This document shows positions 31,109-40,907 of a stretch of 64,000 bases of DNA, one piece after another. Origin of the DNA: Eukaryota sp. TZLM1-RC (lineage: Eukaryota > Protista > Metamonada: BaSk clade); assembly GCA_040285825.1 (NCBI GenBank), contig JAUPSS010000002.1, positions 434,001 to 498,000 of the forward strand, given 5' to 3'. Below the pieces are notes generated by a model. The model worked only from the letters and a program-made list of their open reading frames with translations. It was not told the origin of the DNA and did not search any database. The position numbers and the translations under genes were made by a program. Positions within the stretch are counted from its first letter, which is position 1; each line of letters opens with the position of its first letter.

Positions 31109-32997
31109 ATGACAGACACCCCTCCCCCTGTATCACGTATATTCAGTCGTTTATATGCACTTAACTCACTGCTGACACCTACAGCGGTGAAACAAATTCG
31201 GGCTGACCTTCCTTTGGTCACCGTGATGTGTCATGAAGCTTCTGTATTGCTTCAATCTTTTCTTTTGAGTTTTCTGTTGGCATCTAGAGTTTTGGTGGAA
31301 CAAAATGTATTGTATCTTCTTATGACTGTCATCACCACTGATTTTTTTTCAAACTTATCCTCCTCTAAAAGACAACGCCAATTACTCCATATCTTTTACA
31401 GTGGATTTCCTCCTGAATGCCCACAAGACAGGTCTCTTGTTTCTACATGGGAAAATTCTTTATTTTCCTATAGAAATTCACTCAATATTTTCCTCAATTG
31501 TTGGCTACAGTCACAGAGAACCAGCATGAAATCACAAAGATACAATTTCATCAATAGAAATGAGCTTTCTCCTTACCTTGCTTGTCGGGCTCATCAATTG
31601 AGCTAATGTTAGGACGAGTTTACCTAAAATTTGTCAATCCTGGACAAAAAAACTTTATTCCTGCTCATTGTAGAGCCCTGGATAAAACAAATGTCTTTGC
31701 AAATAATATTCTTTCGCTTTTGGCAAAAGAAACATTAGCCCAACCTGAGGAAGTAGTTGTTGATTCTGTTCTTGAATACTACATCAATTTCAATTTGAAT
31801 AATTCAAGAGAAAGATTCTTTTTATTAAATGCATGTAAGTTTATCTTGAATCTCCTTCAAAGATTTCCTACCACTGCCTCCCTACTGTCCTCACATGATA
31901 AAATCACTTTTTCATCAAAGGAAATTGGTGAGCTTTTTCTCATCAATCTTAAAATTTCACAATACTTACTCACTTTCTTTTCTCACATGCATTGCTGGAA
32001 GAAAATCAGAATAATACCTTTAGCTTCTCATAAAGGTTCTAAATTTATTGAGGTACCTTCACATGTTTTCCACTCTATGAAAAAATTTCCACTTAATGAA
32101 GTCTCATCTTCCAAATCAAAGCTTATCAAAAATACATGTCTGAAACAAATCTCCAAACAATGTCCTTACCAAAAATTTAATATCAACCGAAACAGTTTAA
32201 AAAATAAATTTAAAAAATTTTATTGAAAACTAATGACCATTGAAGGTAAAAATAATGACTCAGAAATCACAGATGAGCTGGATGAACCACCGGAAAAGCA
32301 AAGAAGATCAAAAAAGAAATGAAAAGTGACCCTAATGCCAACAAACCCAGAGAAGTGTAGTTGAAGGGTACTAAAACAGTACCCAGTCGAAGACGCAGAC
32401 AACCAGTCGAAATAATACCTAAAAAACCCCTTATCGACGTTAATCTGGGCCAATCTAGATTATGTGGTTATTTCTTAGAAGATAACCAGTGTGAAATTAT
32501 TCCTTGTCCAACAGGCAGGAGGTACAGGACAAAACCTTCACCTAGTAAACACTCTCCCAACCAATATTGCGTTCAAAATTTCAATCAATATTTGAACCAT
32601 TGGAATTTGGTCAGGAGGAAAGTGTACTTGGAAAGTAATGGCCAGAAATGGAAAATAATTAAATTTGACCGCACTCGAAAAGAAAGACGGTTCCGAGAGA
32701 GCCTCAACAAATTTCAAAGGCTGGCTGGACATCCTGAAATACTCTACCTTGTTATGGGATCTGGTCAATTTCCCTTCCCTTTGCCAAAAAATCAATCGTT
32801 ATGGATCAGCTAGGGATCTCAAAAAATGGTTATGTTATCAAAAGGACGTGATGCACTTCACAACCGGTGAATTTAATACAACAAAACTGTCCAATTTTTG
32901 CACGACCGAGATTATTCAAACTTGTTCATGGCAGATGCGTATTTGTACTGAGTGTCAAATAGTATATGACAGAGATATTTCCGCTGCAAAAAACTGA
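31109..32997 (+). pseudogene. Fanzor1, near full length, multiply frameshifted
   Basis: N-terminal HEASVLLQSFLL, IIPLASHKGSKFIEV, RuvC-I IDVNLGQSRLCG (catalytic D apparently N), PNQYCVQNFNQYL, GEFNTTK, CTEC, YDRDISAAKN. Confidence 0.8.
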
Positions 32998-33369
32998 ACA
33001 TGTTCATGAATAACAAGAACAACATGATCATGGGAAGGATTAGTCAAATCAACAATCAAAATTGTGAAAATTTTATACGAACTCGTCAAAACTACAAATT
33101 CCCTTGGTTATAATAGGTCAAAATTGGTTAAATATACGGTTGTTGTCTTCAAAAACCAATTTATCAAATTTGACACTTTAAGAAAGAAAATGGTTAAAGC
33201 AGTTCCAAAATCACTTATCAAAGCGTCTACTTAACTTTCTGTTAACACTTCTCATCTTTATAGATGCAAGAATTTGTAAATAAACAAAATTTCATTGTTG
33301 GCTGTCAGAACGGAGCTTAATTTTTTTCTTGACTGGCAGAGTTTGTCGATGTTACTCAACCTACTATTT

Positions 33370-33504
33370 AATGCCTATTTTGAATGTCCAGAATGTGGCA
33401 TGGTTTGGTCAAGAGATATCTCTGCATCGAGAAACCAGTGGAAGATTGCAGTAAGCAAGTACTTTTTGAACACAAGACCCCTAGCTTTTAGAAGACCTCG
33501 ATAA
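33370..33504 (+). pseudogene. Fanzor1 3' fragment, same family as 773-2632
   Basis: NAYFECPECGMVWSRDISASRNQWKIAVSKYFLNTRPLAFRRPR aligns with NAKFDCPRYQTNWSRDISASRNQLEIAISEYFTGTRPEPFRRPR. Confidence 0.85.
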
Positions 33505-33644
33505 GGGTCTTCAAATCCAACGTATTTTGATCTAAGCCGATCATCTACATAATGAGTGTAAGTAGACAAGAGTAGAAAGAGATGTATTTTGTAAAACTCA
33601 TAGTGGTAGGCTAAGGCAATTTGAAGGTTTGAGGAATACATGGC
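33491..33644 (+). ncRNA. Putative Fanzor omega-RNA scaffold (uninterrupted)
   Basis: GAAGACC/GGTCTTC hairpin with the TAA stop in its loop. CCAACGTATT (33517-33526) can pair with AATACATGG (33635-33643). Internal AGCC/GGCT and ATGAGT/ACTCAT stems. Confidence 0.6.
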
Positions 33645-33732
33645 AGCTTATTAAAATTTTATTCCTGGAACAGTCACATTCCACAACTCAACAACAAACC
33701 TTATCTAATAGTTTGACCTACTAAAACCCCCA

Positions 33733-34310
33733 TCAATTGAATGACGGGAGATTTTCGCTATTCACTTGTATAGCAACTCGATTGTTATAAAACTCCGTAA
33801 TGTTATTCAAAATGGAGTTAATATAACGAGAAAGAGCTGTAAATAACGAAAATACGATTCCGCTCTTCCAAACCAGAAAATCAAATATGCAACCACTTTC
33901 TTTGAGAAGTTTCCCTAAATGATCTAAAAAATGAGGACCTTCACTTCCAATGGTACCAAAAATTGATATAGCAAGTGGAACAAATCTGATGTTTTTCTCT
34001 TGTTCGATTGAGACGTTGAAGAAGAACTTCATATTTTAAATTCTTGGAATGCTCTGCAACTTTAAGTAAATGTTGAATGTCAGAATTAAAACTCCTTTTC
34101 CACGGAGATATGGTGGTACAATCGATTATTAGTTCAGTTCCATCATACCAAGCACATTGAATGTCACCTCGTTTTTGGCTCAAATTGAAATTTAATTCAT
34201 CAAACAGTGGTTCTTAACGGACTGCGTGATGAGCACATTTTAGCAAATCGTAAATACAATCAAGAACAGCATTGTGGATAATTAATCTGTTTTGAGTGAA
34301 TCTGAAGTAG
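33733..34310 (-). mobile_element. Non-LTR retrotransposon 3' fragment (RLE domain)
   Basis: KRGDIQCAW...IIDCTTISP...AEHSKNLKY, FVPLAISIFGTIG...VWKSGIVFSL. Confidence 0.8.
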
Positions 34311-34379
34311 GAAATAACATGATCAAAAGAAGTTTAAGCACCACATTTGCATTTCTTACTCATATTTATACATACTCAA

Positions 34380-34664
34380 ATGCATGGTACAACAGTCAAG
34401 GTTGAGTTTGGGGGTGGTGTAGACGAGTATTTCGATAACAATACATCGCTTCAACTGACTCTTCCAGTTAACGCATCTTTCTCAGCACTTTTTAGTGCTC
34501 TTCAGTCTTCGTGTTCTGTACCAGTATCCTCTTTCTATGATAATGGACTTCAACCAGGCTACATTTTGCTTGTAAATGACACAGACTTTGAAGTTTTGGA
34601 AGCTGATTACAAATTCGCTGACAATGATGTAGTCTGTTTAATCTCACTTGTCCATGGTGGTTAG
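34380..34664 (+). CDS. URM1: Ubiquitin-related modifier 1
   Basis: VEFGGG, PGYILLVNDTDFEV, ISLVHGG*. Confidence 0.9.
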   Translation: MHGTTVKVEFGGGVDEYFDNNTSLQLTLPVNASFSALFSALQSSCSVPVSSFYDNGLQPGYILLVNDTDFEVLEADYKFADNDVVCLISLVHGG

Positions 34665-34785
34665 TTGCAGATTTCTGGATTCTAGTTGCTGTTTTTATAT
34701 TTTATAGATTTAGATGTTAGTATTGTAACTTTTTTTAGGTAAACAACGCTTATGACACAATTTATAATATTACAAAAACAAAAAA

Positions 34786-37097
34786 CTAATTTGAATACTG
34801 TTCAAGATGCTGCTTAAACGCAGAAATTAACCGCTGTTGAATTTCAGGGGACATCTTTTGGAGAGATTCTATAATAACATCATGTGCCAACTCTGATTTT
34901 TCTTCCACTTCAACATCTTCACTTTCGGAAAACTCGCTTTCAATACTAGTAATTCTTTCAACCATTTTGGAAACTTCTTCGTTTTGCTCATCCTTGAATT
35001 GCTCAATTACCTCAGAATAACTTTCGGTAGAAACCATCTCCCTTACAACATTCTTAACATCAGCCTGTGGAGAATTCTGCTTTTGTTTCTCTCCACAACC
35101 TTCAACATTGTCAAAGTCCTCAAGTGTTAGGCAATCTTCCGGATCAATCTTTGCTTTTTCAGGCACAATTCTCTTTACAGTATCGTTGAGTTCATAAACA
35201 TCATCATCATTTCTGGTTTGTTGAGGTGTCTTTTGACTCTCTCCATTTTCCACTGCTTCTTCCTCAATATCCCCTGCATTCATCAAATGATGCCACCATT
35301 GATCTTGTGCAGAATTCAAGGGACGGCTGTCCTCTGCTTCAGAAACATCAGATACTGAATCTCTTGAATGATCACTTTGCATTTCCAAGTGTTTACTAGT
35401 TTCAATTATAATATTAGAATTAATGTCAGATTCACTTGAAGGGTCATTCTTCTGTTGCTCAGTTTCTTTGTTGTCAACCAGGGATGTTAAAATTGATAAT
35501 TGACCCTCTAATTGATTACGTTGTTCCTCGAGCTCTGCAAGTCGTTGTTCAGCACTAGCAAGTCCATTAGCAAGAGACTCAGAAAAGGAGGACACAGAAC
35601 AGGAATCGTCAAAGTCTTCCTCCATCTTGTTAACGTCATCATTTTGACCTGGTAGTGAGCTATGTATACTTTCAACATCGCTGGCAGGACACGTGACGTG
35701 TAACTTAATCAATTCTCTGAATAAGGTGCTACGTAATTGGTCAAGTACAATATGTAAAGATTCAAAAGTAAGGGGGTAATCAATGATCGACCCCAGCAAT
35801 GCTGTACAAATTTGAGATATCTGTTGGTTTTCCAATAAAGCCAGGGTCTTTGCTTCTTCTGGCATATTGGTCAACTTAACTAAAGAATCTTGGTGAGAAA
35901 CCAATCTTGAATTAACAGAATTACACAGCATTTCAACCAAATCTTTGGTAAAAACAGCTGATTCCTTGCTATTAAGTTCACAATGAAGAACTGATTCAAT
36001 TTCAGTCACAGTTTCCAATATTCTGCTTTTAATTGAGGAAATACTCTTATCAACTTCGTCTTCAGATTGAGTGACAGAAACAGAAGAATCATAAGCGATT
36101 TGGTTACCATTTGGCTGATACGAAATAGACATTTTACGAGTTTCACCGAGAGAAACCAGGGGGTTACGATGGTGATCACAAAGCACTTTCTTGTCGGGAG
36201 AACATTCGCAAGAACCAATAGGTTTGGTTTCAGAAACAACCTTATCTTCATCACTAGAACTGCTCTCCGTGTCTTCCATAGAACCATGTGCCACGTCAGC
36301 CTTTTCTTCTACTTGCTCAACCTCCGCCTCCTTGAACCTTGACTGAGTTTCCTGGGCCAAAGCATAAGCACAAGATACAACAGCAGAGAGCGAACTGGGA
36401 GACAAATGTAGGCAGAGGCGTAAAAGAAAGGCAACAAGTTCTAGTGACTTTTGATCATTACGATAAAGAGAAAACAGCACTGTGAGATCAGGAACAATAG
36501 AGTTGATTCCGTCAAAGGGAGGAATGGTAGGGGAGTCAGGGTGTTCCGAAGCTTTTTCTTTAATGTCGCTTATTCCGCTAATGTCAGAGGCAACAGATTG
36601 ACAATTCTCAACACCTGATGAAAGTCCGCTGTCGCTTTCTTCTATACGAGATGCTGGACGGTGGTTATCAAGTCTTTCAGGAGGTCTAGAGACAGTATTT
36701 GTAGAGGAAGAGAGCTCTTGGGCAAGTTGCAGAGATTGTTCTTGGAGTTCAGACTGGGATGCTGTAGTTTCTGCCTCAGAATTGGAAGATGAAGGAGGAA
36801 CATAGCGAGGAAGTTGAGCTATGGCAGTGGTGTCAACAGAGAGTTTTTCAACAGTGGAGGAGAGTTGTTCGAGAACGGAGCCAGCGTCTGATTGATCAAA
36901 GTTATTATTTGCAAGGAAGGAAAGGAGCTGATCGACTTTTTTCTCAAGAGAACAGAGTCGCCAAAGGGTCTCAGAAGTAGCTAAGCGCTTGGAAGGTCTG
37001 CGTTGGGGCAGATTGTCCTCTGATTCGTCTACAGACGAGAAAGCCTATGATGATTAAAAACACGGTGACAAACATGTGCAGATATAGGTGGAGTCAT
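34786..37097 (-). CDS. Acidic coiled-coil protein, 2 exons (37097-37074, 37044-34786); possible PCM1 C-terminal-like domain
   Basis: Frame is open from 37044 to 34786 (753 codons), with no start codon for the first 188. A 29-nt GT..TAG intron at 37045-37073 joins ATG 37097 in frame. Confidence 0.75.
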
Positions 37098-38042
37098 GTC
37101 GCTGATGGGATGTAGAAGGTATGTTATTGTTGCGGGGGCCAGTTCTTTTTGTTTTAGAATTTAATTTAATTTAATCTGTTTTAATGAAATACATTTGTAA
37201 AAACCCAAATACCAGTTGTTTCTAATACAACAAATGAATGATTTTCCCTTGTTTGAATCACAATTAATTACCCCAAATACATGCAGAATCACATTACTTA
37301 AATAGTTTGCTCCTATTTATTCAACATATTTCTAATGGACTCACCAAATAAATCCAGTACAAACATTAACACATCAACAATGTTGTCAAAAATGCTTCTA
37401 ATGATCAAATTTCTGTTACGATGGGAGAATAAACCAATGGCAAGATAAGCGTACTGCTCTCTCCGAGTACCGATTGACAGGTATTACAATTACAAAAAAT
37501 AACCCAAACAAGGGAATATACTAGCTTGTTTAATGATAAACCAACTAAAAACAGTAAGTATAAATTGTTCGTCCTTCTGAGGTTTATGCAAGAGGAAGAG
37601 TTGCTGATGGATGAAAGGATTACACAATGAAAACCATTTGTAAAGAATTACCATTTCAAGCTCTCAAATGCTCGTACTGCATCTTTTCTGCTCGAGGATC
37701 TCGTATATGGTTCTGTGATGGAGTAGAATGTTAGAAACACGATGGACGGTGGCTTAAAGGTGTTGCAAGCTCAGTACGTCACATTGAATATTAGGAAAAA
37801 TTATTTTTTTGTTATTAATAATATGTATTTTATGATATAGGGTAATAAACAAATGGTCCTTTTTGATAATCTAAAAGTGGACAATGGAATAGTGAAAATT
37901 GTGTAAAAGAAATTGTAGAAGTAATGACTCAAATAATCAGCCAATATTCAGTACAAGAGTGATCAACAGTTATCACTAAAATCAAAATGATTAAAATAAA
38001 GAATTAAACTATTAAGAATTAATTAAACCATGATTGTAAGAA

Positions 38043-39002
38043 TTAAATCAAAACCTCTATTTCTCGCTCCAAGTCTCTCTTAATGTCTGTCACTTTGCTC
38101 TTCACGCGACCATTGTTGGTGTTGAAGATTGACCTTAAATCTAACTTCATTATAGACTGATTTCCTTCTACTATTCCATCATTAATAGTCGGAACTTTAC
38201 AATCAAAATCATCATTTTGAGCTCCTTTTTTGACCTTTCCCCCTTTACCCTTCTTTTGCTTAATGAACGCCTCAATCTCATTTCTTTCATCAATATCAGC
38301 TTCAAAAGGTTTAAAAAAGTCCAAGAACTTCACCAAGTGAGTGCAGTCTAATTGAGTGTTTGATAAATCCAGATAACGTAATGCGCAAACACCTCTGACT
38401 ACCTGACTAATATTAACAGGATCTACATCACATCCAAAAAGAGACAGGGCTTTTAGTGACTTGTTAGTTCGTAAAGAAGTGTAAAAAGACGAGCAAGAGG
38501 TAAGTGAACAACACCGGAGGGAGAGCATTTCCAGGGATGATGTAGAGGAGATAAAGTGCGAGAGAGGAGACATTATGTTTGAAAGGTTACAAGAAACAAA
38601 TGCAAGACATTGAATAGAAGTTTGAGGCAAACTGTCACAAAGTAATTGCATGGAACTCGATGTAATGTGACAATTAGAGAATTTAAGAGATCTCGTACAG
38701 GAAGAGGATGCGAGGGCAGTACAGAGTTCCTCCATGTAATGATCATCAGTGTGACTGGAGATACACAATGTGTCAAAACAGCAGTGGTCTTCTATTTTGT
38801 GTGATTTCAAATAATTGGTGAGTTTTGTTGAAAAGTCCGAGATGCCATGCTGGGTCAAATAATGCAAGAGGCACTGAGTCATTGTTACGGATATTGTCTG
38901 AAACAATGAAATAAGTGTCCTTTGTACACCGATGAAGAGGGACTGAGTTTTTTCCCCTGAATTCCTTTTTCTTTGAACCTTCATCAACCTTGACTTTGAC
39001 AT
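38043..39002 (-). CDS. Leucine-rich-repeat (RNI-like) protein; true start may be ~38882
   Basis: LKFSNCHI, LAFVSCNL, LSLRCCSL, LSLFGCDV, LDLSNTQL, GNQSIMKLDL. Confidence 0.7.
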   Translation of the reverse strand: MSKSRLMKVQRKRNSGEKTQSLFIGVQRTLISLFQTISVTMTQCLLHYLTQHGISDFSTKLTNYLKSHKIEDHCCFDTLCISSHTDDHYMEELCTALASSSCTRSLKFSNCHITSSSMQLLCDSLPQTSIQCLAFVSCNLSNIMSPLSHFISSTSSLEMLSLRCCSLTSCSSFYTSLRTNKSLKALSLFGCDVDPVNISQVVRGVCALRYLDLSNTQLDCTHLVKFLDFFKPFEADIDERNEIEAFIKQKKGKGGKVKKGAQNDDFDCKVPTINDGIVEGNQSIMKLDLRSIFNTNNGRVKSKVTDIKRDLEREIEVLI

Positions 39003-39014
39003 TGAGATGGTGTA

Positions 39015-39800
39015 ACATTGAGAACACCATCGATCCCTGGAGCTACTAAATCTGGCCTTCTTCTACCAAAAATATCATCAGTTCGATCTGGAGATAGCTA
39101 ACGTACTAATGGTTCTATAAATGCCTCTATATTGAAACTTTTGCACATGGCATATAATTGATCACGAACTGAGTCATGAACAAGTGAGCGATAAGTTATC
39201 AAATACTTACAGTTTAAAATATGGGAAAGCCTAACAACACTCTTGCAGCGACAAATTAAATCATTTGGTAATGAACAAGGCCATAGAAAACATCTCATTC
39301 TCATTGCAGTGGTCATTGGTGATCATTAAGTAGAAGGCCATAAATGTTGGGAATTTGGGAGATTAGGCAACTTGAGCAACTGTCTTCAAGATCAATCAAA
39401 AAGTTTGCAAAAACGGGATTTTTTTCCTTAGCCAAGCTAAGACGTACATTATAATCCAAGTCTTCTCAAACTTTTAAGATTTTTTTCTGCAATTTTGCAA
39501 AAGTCAGTGGTGAGGAGAGCAAACTTCTTGAAGAAAGTTCCACAATATCAGAGGGAAAACATTTAGGCCAAATATTTGCTGAAAGAGTTTCAATTCCCTG
39601 TTGCAAAGAAATAAAATAAGAGCTGCCACAGTTTTCAATGAGATCAATTTTTTCTGGAAAGTGATTCACAAATTCAAAAATAAAATTTTTACCCACCTTC
39701 AATGAAGGCAGCTTTACAAAGGTAACTTGATTTATGAAAATTAACACCATCAAAATCTGTACCACAAAAAATGTGGCTTCATAACTCAGATGCATCAATT
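39015..39800 (-). mobile_element. Non-LTR retrotransposon fragment (family A-like: post-RT, CCHC, RLE start)
   Basis: LICRCK...HILNC...HDSVRDQLYAMCKS...EPL..RRRPDLVAPGIDG; homologous to ~48900-49600. Confidence 0.8.
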
Positions 39801-39949
39801 TCCAAAAATTTTGCTGAAAAATTGGTTCTTTGTTTCAGTTAGAAACTGGTAGAACTATATTAAATTAAGCAACGAATGAAAATAAAAATATCAAATAGAC
39901 AACTAACGCTCCACAAAGTGATCTGCCTCTCCAACATCGAAAGAGTTAA

Positions 39950-40700
39950 TTACTAAATATTTTGCAAATGGACCAAGGGAAGAAACTGAATCAGAAATAT
40001 ATTTCCACATTCCCTTATAAATAAAAAATACAATCCTGTTTTGCCAGTAAACACTATTGAAAATTCCTCCAGCCCTTTCTTTACAACTACTCTGAAATCC
40101 TCAATGAAAGCTAAAGCAGCATTACCTATAGAACGGAGCAAAGAAGAAACAAAGGTACATAAATTTCCATTGACAAATGACATACGTTCCACGTGTTGAG
40201 TTTTTTCCCAGCAAGAAGAGAATATGTAAAATATCAAAACATAGTTGTGTAATTTAGAAACTTATTTATGAGAAAATACCTTGAAAGGGTTGGTTCTTGC
40301 TTTATTCATTTCAGAAAAACCGTTCTTCAGCAACCAGCTTGTGTTTTTTCGAGATAAAAGCAGGTCCAAACAGTTCTGACCTTGGTGTTTTTTTGATATG
40401 TTTATTGATTTTACAAAGAAAGTGTTGCTTACCAAAAGAATATTTAAAAGAGATGAACCATTTACATCCTTCCAACCATCAAAAACAAGTGTACGGGAAC
40501 AGGAAGAGCATCATATCCTTCTTGAACACGGACAGTGTTTATATCCTTGACAGAAATGGTGGATAATTGAGTACATAAGGCATATCCAGCTCTATACTCC
40601 TTAATGAAATGGGAGGAAAAGCGACGGGCTGAACCTTTTAGCTTTTTACTGCAGCAGCGGCACTGTTAAGTAATATTTTTGGACACTTTATCGTAATTAC
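39950..40700 (-). mobile_element. hAT-superfamily transposase remnant (DUF659-type)
   Basis: Manual translation around 40492-40400: TLVFDGWKDVNGSSLLNILLVSNTFFVKSIN, the first catalytic-D motif of hAT transposases. Confidence 0.6.
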
Positions 40701-40907
40701 AGATTTTTAAACAATGAAATCTATTGTAGTAGTTGAAATAGGTATTTGGGAAAACATTTTTAAACAAAACTGTGTCGACACGTGTAAATGAACAAAAACT
40801 AGTTCAGCCGAACGTTCGGAATTCTAACATGCAACGAAATTGAACATCACAATTGAGTGTTTTGCTTCAGATTTACATCTTCTTATTGAATTTCTTGTTC
40901 TTGAATA

